A DNA stretch of 64,000 nucleotides from an uncultured Bacteroidales bacterium (GTDB lineage Bacteria; Bacteroidota; Bacteroidia; Bacteroidales; UBA932): contig CAMGFA010000003.1 in NCBI GenBank assembly GCA_946055165.1, positions 7,786-71,785 on the forward strand, read 5' to 3'. Positions 46,998-56,529 of this stretch are shown in pieces. The notes below the pieces were generated by a model, which did not search any database, had not been told where the DNA came from, and saw nothing but the letters and a program-made list of their open reading frames with translations. A program made the position numbers and the translations under genes. The stretch's first letter is position 1, and every line of letters starts with the position of its first letter.

Positions 46998-48430
46998 TGA
47001 AAAAAGTGTTAAAATCGTTTTGTGTGATAGTAAGCCTTCTTGCAGGATTGTCTTCCTGCAAGAAGGATGATGGTACAGGCTGGAAACCGGACAATTTGGG
47101 CGGCGACAAGATTGAGACCGAACTGGACGGCAAGATTCACACCTACAAGGCTCCGATGTACTGGTCGGTGTATGAGTATTGCCGCGAGGCGGAGAAGAAC
47201 GCCAATGTTGCCATCGATATGACCGAAAGCGAGTGGAAGAGAATGATAGCCTGGGTTTCGGAGAATCTGCTTCCTTATGGTTATGATATGATAGTAACCG
47301 ACGGCTTTATGGCAATGTGGAGCGACAATTCCGAAGAATCCAAGGGTTATATGACCCATTACGGCTCCAACAAGCTCACGGATTTGGTCAAATGGTGCAA
47401 GGAAAAGGGCCTCAAACTCGGAATCTATGACAATCCGCTCTGGATTCACGGCGACGACAGTAAAATCATCGAGGGTACGGGCAAAACCTTCGGCTCCCTG
47501 CGTTACAACAGTTCCGATAAGGTGCTCAAACCTCAAAGTGAGGATGCTTTCCCTTGGGCAGTGCCAAGCCACAGCGGTTGCAGGGAGTTCATCGACGGCT
47601 TCTTCAAATACTACAAGAGCATTGGAGTGGAGTACATCAGAATGGACTTCATGTGCCTTTTCGAGACTGCTGACGGAGCCGGCGGAATGCCCGGCAAGGG
47701 TTACGGCCGCGAAGAGTACGAACTGGCTCTGAACTATATCTGCGAATCGGCCCAGAAATACGGCGTATTCACATCCATCGTAATGCCTACCCTCAAGGAC
47801 AACGGCAGCCTGGAGATCTCGAAATGCAATGAGTTCCGTTTCAGCGCCGATACTTTCGACGGAGGCTGGGGCCACGTATCGGACTGGTGCAGAGGCGAAT
47901 TCAGACCTGGATTATGGCCTTCTACAAATAACATCTTCGACGGCTACATAGTGTGGTCTCAGTACGTAAACAAGGATACCGCGATTCCGGACGGAGACTT
48001 CATTAGGCTGAACACCATGGAAAGCGAGTACGAATGTATGAGCGAAATCACCCTCCATCTTATGGCAGGAGGCCCGCTTCAGGCATCGGATCGTCCCGAA
48101 ATGATTGAACAGAAGGGCTGGACCTGGCTCTATCAGAACGAAGAGCTGCTCGCGCTCAACAAGGAGCATTTCATCGGCAAGCCGCTTTCGACAGACATTT
48201 CGGATCCGCGCTCATCCATCTGGTTCGGGCAGAGGAAAGACGGCAGCTATATGGTGGCTTTGTTCAACAGGGACGATGAAAAAGAGATGTATATCGACTT
48301 TGCTTCGCTCGGCATATACGAAGAGATGAAAATCCGTGACCTCTGGTCGCATAAGGACGAAGGTTCCGGAAGAGAAATCAAGGCCATTGTGCCAAGACAC
48401 GGAGTCAAGGTGGTGCAACTTACAAAATAA
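46997..48430 (+). CDS. GH27-like (clan GH-D) glycoside hydrolase, alpha-galactosidase-like lipoprotein
   Basis: 477 aa with lipobox GLSSC. Motifs include IVTDGFMAMW, KGLKLGIYDNP, GVEYIRMDFM and FSADTFDGGW. The C-terminal beta-sandwich has ALFNRDDE...IRDLWSHKDEG...VPRHGVKVVQL. Confidence 0.7.
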   Translation: MKKVLKSFCVIVSLLAGLSSCKKDDGTGWKPDNLGGDKIETELDGKIHTYKAPMYWSVYEYCREAEKNANVAIDMTESEWKRMIAWVSENLLPYGYDMIVTDGFMAMWSDNSEESKGYMTHYGSNKLTDLVKWCKEKGLKLGIYDNPLWIHGDDSKIIEGTGKTFGSLRYNSSDKVLKPQSEDAFPWAVPSHSGCREFIDGFFKYYKSIGVEYIRMDFMCLFETADGAGGMPGKGYGREEYELALNYICESAQKYGVFTSIVMPTLKDNGSLEISKCNEFRFSADTFDGGWGHVSDWCRGEFRPGLWPSTNNIFDGYIVWSQYVNKDTAIPDGDFIRLNTMESEYECMSEITLHLMAGGPLQASDRPEMIEQKGWTWLYQNEELLALNKEHFIGKPLSTDISDPRSSIWFGQRKDGSYMVALFNRDDEKEMYIDFASLGIYEEMKIRDLWSHKDEGSGREIKAIVPRHGVKVVQLTK

Positions 48431-48438
48431 GAGAATTG

Positions 48439-50622
48439 ATGAAACACAATAATTATTTAATTGTGATTGCCAGCATTCTTCTGAGCTGCCTTTGTGCGGC
48501 TCAGGAGGGTGTGAAGGGCGAACTGCTGTCTCCGGACGGCAATCTAAGGCTTTCCGTCTATGCTCAGGACGGCCTTCCTTACTATGAACTGCAATATAAA
48601 GGCAAGCCTGTACTCAAACCTTCGAAACTGGGTTTTGATTTGAGGTACGAGAGGGGCTACAAAGACGGTCTCAGCCTTGTGGATGTGCAGAAGAGCAGCT
48701 TCGACCAGACCTGGCAGCCGGTGTGGGGTGAGTACGCACATGTGAGGAACCATTACAACGAGCTCTGCGCCCGTTTTGAGCAGGAGGGGAGCGGACGGGT
48801 TCTTCTGCTGCGCTTCCGCCTCTTTGACGACGGGTTGGGTTTCCGCTACGAGTTCCCGGAGCAGCCTACTCTGCATATTTTTCAGGTGAAGGAGGAACTT
48901 ACGGAGTTCAATCTGGCCCACGATTACACGGCCTATTGCATGCCCGGCGACTACGACACCAATGAATTTACCTACACTACTGCACATATCTCCGAACTTG
49001 AGGAAGAACTTGTGAACCAGTCCCTTGCCCACAAGGGCTACGAGGCCAAATCGGAAGGTGGCCTCGTGATTCAAACTCCCGTTATGCTCAAAGGTGACAA
49101 CGGCCTGTACGTGAACATTCACGAGGCCGCACTCGTTGATTATCCGGCTATGGAACTCAATGTCGATGACAGGAATTTTGTCTTCTCTTCTAACCTCGTT
49201 CCAAATAAAAATGGTGAGAAGGCCTTCAAAATGGCTCCTTGCACCACGCCGTGGAGAACCGTTATCGTAAGCGACAAGGCAACGGACATCCTTGCCAGCC
49301 GCCTTATCTACAACCTTAACGACCCATGCAAAATCGAAGACACTTCCTGGATTCATCCGGTGAAATACCTTGGAGTATGGTGGGAGTATTTTGTGGGCAT
49401 CGGTAAAACCTGGAACTACAGCTGGTATCGCAGCGCCGTTCCGGGAGTTACGGATTACAGCACTCTGGAGCCTAACGGCCATCATGGTGCCACCACCGAA
49501 AATGTGAAGAAGTACATCGACTTTGCTTCTGAAAACGGCTTTGGAGGGGTGCTTGTGGAAGGCTGGAACGAAGGCTGGGAAGACTGGTCTTCCTATGGAA
49601 GGGAACGCCTTTTCCGTTTCGACAAGGCCTACCCCGATTTCGACGTGGAGGACTTGCACGCCTACGCATCGGAGCGCGGGGTCAAGCTCATAATGCATCA
49701 CGAAACCGGCTCAAATGCAGCGGATTACGAGCGCCAGCTCGACCGTGCCTTCGATTTCATGAATGAGCACGGCTACGATGCAGTAAAGACCGGCTATGTG
49801 GGCGGAATCGTCCCGCGCAGCGAATACCACGCCAGCCAGTGGATGGTCAACCACTATCTCTATGTTGCGCAGAAGGCTGCAGAAAAGCATATTATGGTAA
49901 ACAGCCACGAGGCAGTGCGCCCGACAGGCCTGTGCCGTACCTGGCCTAACTGGATGGCCCAGGAATCGGCCAGAGGAACGGAATTCGAGACAATGGGCGG
50001 CAACCCGGCAGACCACACGACCATTTTGCCTTTCACCCGGCTCATGGGCGGTCCGATGGACTACACTCCGGGCGTATTCCAGACCCGTATGGACTATTAC
50101 GAAGGGGGTTACAAGCCGGACCAGTGGGCCCGCACCACCCTTGCCCGCCAGCTGGGACTCTACCTCACAATGTATTCGCCAATACAGATGGCCTGCGACC
50201 TGCCGGAGAACTATCAGCGATTCCCCGATGCCTTCCAGTTCATCAAGGATGTGCCCGTTGACTGGGAAGACAGCCGCTATCTCGAGGCCGAGCCTGGCGA
50301 CTACATCACCGTGGCCCGCAAATCCAAGGAGGGCGGCAAGTGGTTCGTCGGCTGCACGGCCGATGAGAACGGCCACACGGCCTTCTTCAAGCTGGATTTC
50401 CTGCAGAAAGGCCAGCTCTACAAGGTAACAGTCTATGCCGATGCCCCCGATGCCCACTATGAGCACAATCCTCAAGCCTACATCGTCCGCAGCTATGAGC
50501 TTTCCCGGGCCGATGCCCTGCGCATAAAGGCTGCTCCGGGCGGTGGTTTTGCTGTTGAGATCGAGCCGGTGGAGGGTTCTGTCAGCCGCAGAAAAGGCAA
50601 AACTGTGAATGTGAATTTATAG
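48439..50622 (+). CDS. GH97-family glycoside hydrolase (alpha-glucosidase/alpha-galactosidase family)
   Basis: The track ORF opens with TTG at 48436, and the ATG at 48439 gives MKHNNYLIVIASILL (signal peptide). Motifs include FDLRYERGYK, GVWWEYF, FASENGFGGVLVEGWNEGWEDW and MHHETG. Confidence 0.8.
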   Translation: MKHNNYLIVIASILLSCLCAAQEGVKGELLSPDGNLRLSVYAQDGLPYYELQYKGKPVLKPSKLGFDLRYERGYKDGLSLVDVQKSSFDQTWQPVWGEYAHVRNHYNELCARFEQEGSGRVLLLRFRLFDDGLGFRYEFPEQPTLHIFQVKEELTEFNLAHDYTAYCMPGDYDTNEFTYTTAHISELEEELVNQSLAHKGYEAKSEGGLVIQTPVMLKGDNGLYVNIHEAALVDYPAMELNVDDRNFVFSSNLVPNKNGEKAFKMAPCTTPWRTVIVSDKATDILASRLIYNLNDPCKIEDTSWIHPVKYLGVWWEYFVGIGKTWNYSWYRSAVPGVTDYSTLEPNGHHGATTENVKKYIDFASENGFGGVLVEGWNEGWEDWSSYGRERLFRFDKAYPDFDVEDLHAYASERGVKLIMHHETGSNAADYERQLDRAFDFMNEHGYDAVKTGYVGGIVPRSEYHASQWMVNHYLYVAQKAAEKHIMVNSHEAVRPTGLCRTWPNWMAQESARGTEFETMGGNPADHTTILPFTRLMGGPMDYTPGVFQTRMDYYEGGYKPDQWARTTLARQLGLYLTMYSPIQMACDLPENYQRFPDAFQFIKDVPVDWEDSRYLEAEPGDYITVARKSKEGGKWFVGCTADENGHTAFFKLDFLQKGQLYKVTVYADAPDAHYEHNPQAYIVRSYELSRADALRIKAAPGGGFAVEIEPVEGSVSRRKGKTVNVNL

Positions 50623-50647
50623 CACTTGAAATACGGAAGAAAATCGC

Positions 50648-50655
50648 TACATTTG
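50648..50655 (+). promoter_or_regulatory. -7 promoter motif candidate TACATTTG for the regulator gene
   Basis: It matches TAnnTTTG and lies 25 nt upstream of the ATG at 50681. Confidence 0.4.
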
Positions 50656-50680
50656 CCGAACTGCTTTTTAAGGAACGCAA

Positions 50681-52246
50681 ATGTATATGAAACTGCTTGC
50701 TGCTTTTCTGGCAATCATTTGCCAGTCCGGGCTTGCCAAACTGTCGGATTTGGACAGGCTGGTGGCGGACTATGCAGATTATGAGCAGATCAGGCTTGAG
50801 GAAATCGATTCCTGCAAGGCCTTGCTCAATGATTGTCCCCAGCAGGAACTTCCGCAACTGTACAGCAGGCTTCAGAACCTGTATTATGGATTCCAGATCG
50901 ACTCTGCTCTTGTTTATGCCCACAGAGGTATAGAGCAGAGCCGTTTGTTTAGAGACAAGGTCCAGGAGTACAATGCAATCCTCAATCTTGCTGCAAGTTA
51001 CCAGATGTCCGGCTCGAACCAGGAGAGTCTTGCCCTGCTCGACAGTCTGGACAAGAGTCGGCTTTCCAGAGACTTGCTCGTGCGCTACTACTCGATATAT
51101 AATACGATTTACAGCGCTCTCGAAACTTTGAGCATCGATACCGGCCTCAAACAGCAGTACAGGGATGAGGCAGTGAAATACAAGCGTTTGATGCTCGATC
51201 TTGTCCCTGACAATCTTTATGTAATCTGCGACACCCTGCTGCATTGTGGAAAGGCTCAGGAGGCCTACGACACTATGCTTCCGTTTGTCCGCTCCTTACC
51301 CCCCCACAATTCCGAGATAGGGCCTGCCGCCTATTCTTTGGCGGATATCTGTCTTGAGCTCGGGCGCGAGGATGAGGCGCTCGAGTATTTGATAGCATCG
51401 TCCTGCAGCGATCTTGAAAGAGGTAACAAGGAATACATTTCCCTGGTGCAGCTTTCGCTTATGCTTTACGAGCGCGGAGACGTGCGCAGGGCCTACCGCT
51501 ATCTCCAGCGTTGCGTGGACGATGCCACTTACTGCGGCGCCAGGCTGCGTATAGATGAGATTGCCCCTTTGGTAAGCACCATCAACGGAGCCTACAACAG
51601 GGCGGTGAGGCGTAATTATCTTGCAATGTCGCTTACCATTGTTGTGCTTCTGCTGCTCGCTCTTGTCACTTTTTCTTTGAGCGTGGTGCTCAGAAAACAG
51701 AAGAAGAAGCTCAGCGAAAGCAACAGGATGCTGCTTTATGCGCAGGAACTCAAGGATTTGGCCAATCGCAAGACACTGGAGGCCTCCAATATCAAGAATG
51801 CCTATATCACAAAGCTCATGCTGGAGTGCATTGCAGGGATAGAGAGGCTGGAGGAGTACCGCAAGGGGCTGAACAGGATGGCCATAGCCAGGGATTTTGA
51901 ATCGTTGCAGAAAACCTTGAAATCCACCTCTTATGTGGACGATGAATGGAAGTCCTTCTACAACGTGTTCGACTCCACCTTCCTTTCCATCTTCCCGACC
52001 TTTGTTGAGGATTTCAATTCACTTCTTCTTCCCGAGCACCGCATCTGTGTGGAACAAAAGAAGATGCTCACTCCGGAACTCAGGATTTACGCTCTTATCA
52101 GGCTGGACATAGACAGCACCGAGAAGATAGCCTCCCTGCTGCGCTATTCCAAGGCCACCATCTACGCTTACCGTTCCCGCACCAGACTCAAAGCCCTGTG
52201 TCCACAGTCTTTTGAGGAGGATGTGAAGCGGATCGCCTCAATTTAG
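50681..52246 (+). CDS. Membrane-spanning TPR-like/HTH regulator (resembles the Bacteroidota DUF6377-type PUL-associated regulators)
   Basis: 521 aa with an N-terminal signal/anchor and a helical-repeat periplasmic part. It has one central TM segment (LAMSLTIVVLLLLALVTFSLSVVL) and a coiled coil. The C-terminal LuxR-like HTH is LTPELRIYALIRLDIDSTEKIASLLRYSKATIYAYRSR. The family name comes from memory, not a search. Confidence 0.55.
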   Translation: MYMKLLAAFLAIICQSGLAKLSDLDRLVADYADYEQIRLEEIDSCKALLNDCPQQELPQLYSRLQNLYYGFQIDSALVYAHRGIEQSRLFRDKVQEYNAILNLAASYQMSGSNQESLALLDSLDKSRLSRDLLVRYYSIYNTIYSALETLSIDTGLKQQYRDEAVKYKRLMLDLVPDNLYVICDTLLHCGKAQEAYDTMLPFVRSLPPHNSEIGPAAYSLADICLELGREDEALEYLIASSCSDLERGNKEYISLVQLSLMLYERGDVRRAYRYLQRCVDDATYCGARLRIDEIAPLVSTINGAYNRAVRRNYLAMSLTIVVLLLLALVTFSLSVVLRKQKKKLSESNRMLLYAQELKDLANRKTLEASNIKNAYITKLMLECIAGIERLEEYRKGLNRMAIARDFESLQKTLKSTSYVDDEWKSFYNVFDSTFLSIFPTFVEDFNSLLLPEHRICVEQKKMLTPELRIYALIRLDIDSTEKIASLLRYSKATIYAYRSRTRLKALCPQSFEEDVKRIASI

Positions 52247-52380
52247 GTGGGTTTCAGAGGCTTTTCTTTTTTATATTTTTAGACCACGTATTTAAAGTTA
52301 AAACATTGATTTTCAGTCTTATAATCCTTGTATTTATTTGTATAATTTTTCGCGCGTGAAAAAGGTATGTGAATACTGTT

Positions 52381-52388
52381 TAAATTTG
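52381..52388 (+). promoter_or_regulatory. -7 promoter motif candidate TAAATTTG
   Basis: It matches TAnnTTTG and lies 57 nt upstream of the small ORF at 52446. Confidence 0.4.
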
Positions 52389-52445
52389 CGGATGCCGTTA
52401 CAAGCACATAATTTCCTGGCAATAAAACACAAAACTATATAATTT

Positions 52446-52589
52446 ATGCAAAAACAAATTTATTCAAGCCCAGCGACGGACATCATAGAGTTGTCCGCCG
52501 AAAGCAGCATTCTCACTCTGAGTAGTGCTGTCCAAATGAACAAATATTATGATTTGTATTATGGCGGTGAAGATGGAGAGTTTGAGTAA
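52446..52589 (+). CDS. Unlisted small ORF (47 aa) preceding the surface-protein gene
   Basis: My translation is ATG...TAA = MQKQIYSSPATDIIELSAESSILTLSSAVQMNKYYDLYYGGEDGEFE. It falls below the track length cut-off, sits behind a promoter motif and ends 19 nt before the ATG at 52609. Whether it is coding is unproven. Confidence 0.4.
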   Translation: MQKQIYSSPATDIIELSAESSILTLSSAVQMNKYYDLYYGGEDGEFE

Positions 52590-52608
52590 TCTAAATCCTT
52601 TGAGCATT

Positions 52609-54834
52609 ATGAAGACAAGAAAATTATTCGCCGCAGCTCTCGCGCTGCCAATGTTGTTCGCCTGCACAAAGGAGAACATCGTCCCTTCAGAAAAACCGGT
52701 TGAGGAGGGGAAAGGTTTCGACATTACGGTTACCGTCAATTCCGACAATGAGACCAAGGCTGTCTTTGATGACACTGATGGTATTTTTTGGGTAACTCCG
52801 GGTTCTGCCGGCTTGGTAAGCACATCTACTACTGAGGCTGCCAAGAAATCATCTGATGCAACTGTAAGCGAAGGCGGAAGAAAATCAGCTTTCAAATTTG
52901 AAGGCATTACCGCCGGAACTTACCGTCTTTTCTATCCTTATTGCGAGACTTCTTATCCGAATATCAAGTTCACCGTACCGGCCAATCAGACACAGGATGC
53001 AGCTGGAAAATCCTCTGACATCTTTGCCGGTATGGCTACCAAGGACATTAATGCCGCTGAGGGTGAAAACGTTGTTGATGTAAAATACCGTGCTGTCGGT
53101 TCCTACATCCAGTTCCTCGTTTACGGCAAGGAAGGGGAGAAAGTTCGTTTTATCTCTGTAGTATCTGCTGACAGCAAGATAGCGGGAGATTATACTGTTG
53201 ATGCTACAAGTGAAAGTTTTGCGCACAAAGTCCTCGAAGGAGGAACTGATAGGGTGCTGGTAGCTCTTGGAGATGCTGGCTACACTACTACAGCTACTGT
53301 CGATGGTGCAAGCGGTATTTACGCAGCCGTTCTTCCAGGTTCTTCCCAGAACACCTATTATGTTACTACAGACAAGGCTACTTATACTTTCGCATCTTCA
53401 GAAGCTAAACCTTTCGAGGCTGGCAAAATCAAGACTGTCAAATTGAATCTTGGAAATTCCAAGGTTGAAGAGCAGAAAGTTCCTACTGAGCTTTATATTG
53501 TAGGTAATGTTGCTTATGTAGGCTGGGATTGTACCAAAGCGAAAACGATGGAGAAGAACGGTAATGTCTTCTCTACCGATGTATATCTCAGCACTGATGT
53601 GAAGAATTCTGATAATAAGCTAGAAAAGGCTGAAGGCTTCAAGTTCCTTACCCAAAATCAGAACTTTGATACTGGCTATGTAAAAGGCATCGATGGCAAA
53701 TTGACATATTATTCAGGGACAAATGTTGAAGATAGCAAGTTTACCGTTGAAAAAGCTGGTTATTATCATGTTGTGGCTGACTTCGATTCAGGCGAAGTAA
53801 CTTGCACCCCTAAGGCTCCGGAGAAACTCTATGTATGGGGCGCTGCAACCACTGCTGGATGGGTAAGCGAGGATGCTATTGAACTCAATCCGACTGAAAC
53901 AGGCGGATTCGTATTCAGAGCGACTGATGTTCAACTCGCAGCAAATGAGGAATTTAAATTCTTCTCGGAGCATTCTGAATCTACTGCTTATGTAAGCGAT
54001 GCCGATGGTAATGTAATCTTCTTTGATTCTCCAACGTATTCTGATGCTGATCGGAAATTTAAAGTTGAAAAGGCTGGAAAATATACTATTAGTGTAAATC
54101 TGTCAACTGGAGCTCTTACAAAGGATCTTACACAGGAATATCCTCGCATTATTTCTAATAACAAAGCTAACACTTATTATATGATGCCGACAGGCGCTGA
54201 AGGTGAGTATTCCGCTGTGGCATACATTGGATTTGATAATGATTATCACGATTTCTTTGTGAAAATTGGCGATAAATCATATAATAGTGGTTGGACAGAG
54301 GTTTCTTTTGATACTAATTTGGAATATTCCGTCGATGTAACGGAAGGTGTTGATAATGGTACTGGTTGGTACATCAATGACGCTAATAAAAAGACTAAGA
54401 AGTTATATAGAATTACTTTGAATACAAACACCAATAGACTTACCGTCAAATTTGCTCAGGGCAAGAATTTCTGGCTCATTGGTACTCCATTCGATGGTTA
54501 TAACGCCTTCAATAAGCCTGAAGTATTCAAGGAAACAGCTAATGAGAATGGAATCGTGACCTGGAATGTTACTACCACAAAGACAGGTGATTTCAAGATT
54601 TGTGGAGAGTACACGCTTTCTGATTCATTCTATGATGGCGAATGGTATTATTCATCCGCAGATGATGAAAAGTTTAATTGGAGCTGGGAAGGAGACAATA
54701 ATTACGGAAAAGAATTCCCTGTAGAAGTCTATTGCGACTTAAATGACGCGAAATGGTATTTGAACGAAACCGGAACCTTCGAGATTGTATTCGATACCAA
54801 GAATCTTAAGATTAAAGTTACCAAGAAGAACTAA
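52609..54834 (+). CDS. Large surface lipoprotein with repeated SusE/F-like (carbohydrate-binding-like) domains
   Basis: The in-frame ATG at 52609 gives MKTRKLFAAALALPMLFAC (signal peptide + lipobox). Recurring motifs are IVGNVAYVGWD, VWGAATTAGWV, LIGTPFDGYN, EGFKFLT, EEFKFFS and GDFKICG. The gene is AT-rich relative to its neighbours. Confidence 0.65.
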   Translation: MKTRKLFAAALALPMLFACTKENIVPSEKPVEEGKGFDITVTVNSDNETKAVFDDTDGIFWVTPGSAGLVSTSTTEAAKKSSDATVSEGGRKSAFKFEGITAGTYRLFYPYCETSYPNIKFTVPANQTQDAAGKSSDIFAGMATKDINAAEGENVVDVKYRAVGSYIQFLVYGKEGEKVRFISVVSADSKIAGDYTVDATSESFAHKVLEGGTDRVLVALGDAGYTTTATVDGASGIYAAVLPGSSQNTYYVTTDKATYTFASSEAKPFEAGKIKTVKLNLGNSKVEEQKVPTELYIVGNVAYVGWDCTKAKTMEKNGNVFSTDVYLSTDVKNSDNKLEKAEGFKFLTQNQNFDTGYVKGIDGKLTYYSGTNVEDSKFTVEKAGYYHVVADFDSGEVTCTPKAPEKLYVWGAATTAGWVSEDAIELNPTETGGFVFRATDVQLAANEEFKFFSEHSESTAYVSDADGNVIFFDSPTYSDADRKFKVEKAGKYTISVNLSTGALTKDLTQEYPRIISNNKANTYYMMPTGAEGEYSAVAYIGFDNDYHDFFVKIGDKSYNSGWTEVSFDTNLEYSVDVTEGVDNGTGWYINDANKKTKKLYRITLNTNTNRLTVKFAQGKNFWLIGTPFDGYNAFNKPEVFKETANENGIVTWNVTTTKTGDFKICGEYTLSDSFYDGEWYYSSADDEKFNWSWEGDNNYGKEFPVEVYCDLNDAKWYLNETGTFEIVFDTKNLKIKVTKKN

Positions 54835-54869
54835 TCTCTTCCAAAGACCTTCTTAAAGTATAGAATGGA

Positions 54870-54899
54870 ATCCCCCGGACGCTTCACCGTCCGGGGGAT
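54870..54899. terminator. Bidirectional hairpin between convergent genes
   Basis: The 12-bp GC-rich stem ATCCCCCGGACG / CGTCCGGGGGAT flanks a 6-nt loop, between the stops at 54834 (+) and 55001 (-). Confidence 0.6.
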
Positions 54900-55000
54900 A
54901 TTGTATCGTAAGCTCTGAAGAAGTCCGCGATGGCCACGAGCGGTTCTCACTGCCCGGGATTTTTATTGTTTTACCACATTAATCTAGGGGAGGGTAAACA

Positions 55001-56374
55001 TTATTTCATCAATTCAATAACATCTTTCGGCAACATGACATTACCGACGTCCTCTTTCGCTTCTTCTTTGAGAAATAAGACTGGGAGTATCTTTCGGTTG
55101 CCCACAAATGGTAATAGCTTGGCTTTACGAAGAAGTTCGGCGGTCAACCGTTTCCCATTTTCTTGATTTGTCCATTTGCATTCACCGACTAACAAAAATT
55201 TTTTATCAAGCGATTCGGCCATTACATCAATTTCAATTTTTTCCGCTTCTTTCTTATCATTAAGAACTGGTCCCCACCAGCGCTTTGCCTTCCCAAATGC
55301 AATCCCGTTGATCATATTTCCCGTTACAGCGTCCCTGCACATTTTTTCCCAATGCATACTCACATATTCCGAAAAGTGAGCAGTCAAGGCCTGCTCCAAT
55401 GGCAAGTGACGGCCCAGTTCGATAAATGAACGGTTAGGCACAACAAATTGATAGTAGAATGCCATAAATGGATCCGCGATTTTATATAAGCTTTTTTTTG
55501 CATTCTTGTCGTCAACTCCGAACGGAACATCTTTCTCCAAAAATCCAAGATCAATCAGTTTTTTCAAAGGCCGTGACAGATTGGTGGCAGGTTCATTGGA
55601 TCTTGCGGCAATTTCAGAAAGACGATTTGCCCCTGTTCCGATGTATGACATAATTGTGGAAGTCTTTACAATATCTTTTATATCATCCTGATACAATTTT
55701 GCCGGCTCTTCGTAGAGTGTTCCATTTACTGACAGCACATTATGCCACAAAGCATCATATAGTGAAGTCCTGTTTTCTCTAAGTTCCCAATATCTGGGCA
55801 CGCCTCCCCATACAGCATACTCTTCAATGGCACTCACGGCATCGAGCTTCAAAGCCTCTTGAATATACGGCAAGTGTATCGGAGCAAGTTTCATGATTTC
55901 ATCAGCACGGCCATATAGAGGTGAGGCGGCATCTAAAAACAGCCCGTACATCATATTTTGTGAAGACCCGCATAGAACAAGATTATACTTCAACAGCTTC
56001 TCGTCAATCAGTTTTTGCAACACAGAAGGCAATTCGGGGGACTGTTCTACTAAATACGGAAATTCATCAAAGCACATAGTAAAACGTTTATCCGTCCGGT
56101 AATTTATTGCACGCAGCATAGATTCCCAATCAGGATAAGTCAGTTTGTCAAAATCGGGAAATACTTGGCTCAACACCTTTGCAAGCAATGACCTTTGATG
56201 TGACCCTTCCGAACGGTCGGCAAGAAAATATATATCACTTTCCGACAACACCTTTTTGATAAGTGTTGACTTGCCCAATCGTCTTCGCCCGTATATTACA
56301 ACTAAGGAAGTCTTTTCTCTAGAAACAGCCTCTTTCAGTCGTGTTGTTTCTTCTGTTCTGTCAACGAAAATCAT
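55001..56374 (-). CDS. AAA+ ATPase of the archaeal-ATPase/DUF234 type (orphan)
   Basis: 457 aa with Walker A GRRRLGKST and Walker B-like FTMCFDEFPY. The C-terminal part resembles the DUF234 winged-helix/nuclease-like region. It is AT-rich. Confidence 0.65.
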   Translation of the reverse strand: MIFVDRTEETTRLKEAVSREKTSLVVIYGRRRLGKSTLIKKVLSESDIYFLADRSEGSHQRSLLAKVLSQVFPDFDKLTYPDWESMLRAINYRTDKRFTMCFDEFPYLVEQSPELPSVLQKLIDEKLLKYNLVLCGSSQNMMYGLFLDAASPLYGRADEIMKLAPIHLPYIQEALKLDAVSAIEEYAVWGGVPRYWELRENRTSLYDALWHNVLSVNGTLYEEPAKLYQDDIKDIVKTSTIMSYIGTGANRLSEIAARSNEPATNLSRPLKKLIDLGFLEKDVPFGVDDKNAKKSLYKIADPFMAFYYQFVVPNRSFIELGRHLPLEQALTAHFSEYVSMHWEKMCRDAVTGNMINGIAFGKAKRWWGPVLNDKKEAEKIEIDVMAESLDKKFLLVGECKWTNQENGKRLTAELLRKAKLLPFVGNRKILPVLFLKEEAKEDVGNVMLPKDVIELMK

Positions 56375-56396
56375 AACGGATAATTATTATGCTCCA

Positions 56397-56404
56397 CAAA
56401 CATA
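56397..56404 (-). promoter_or_regulatory. -7 promoter motif candidate (TATGTTTG on the minus strand) for the ATPase gene
   Basis: The plus strand reads CAAACATA, 22 nt upstream of the ATG at 56374. Confidence 0.4.
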
Positions 56405-56521
56405 ATGTTTTTATAGCATAATTCAAAATTCCGAACATATCTTCTTTTTAACCATACATACATTCTTATGAGATAGGGCCCGCAAAATAGAAAGAATTGC
56501 CGCAAACTCACTTCCGTTTAT

Positions 56522-56529
56522 TATATTTG
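56522..56529 (+). promoter_or_regulatory. -7 promoter motif candidate TATATTTG for the nitroreductase gene
   Basis: It lies 23 nt upstream of the ATG at 56553. Confidence 0.45.

Noticed and set aside
44269-50475. Long minus-strand ORFs (437, 288, 385 and 254 aa) inside the PUL
   Set aside because: Each is antisense to a SusD, GH27-like or GH97 gene with strong family motifs. Their translations are Val/Ala/Gly/His-rich shadow sequences.
52464-52907. 147-aa minus-strand ORF overlapping the small ORF and the start of the surface-protein gene
   Set aside because: It is antisense to a gene with a clear signal peptide and lipobox, and has no motifs.
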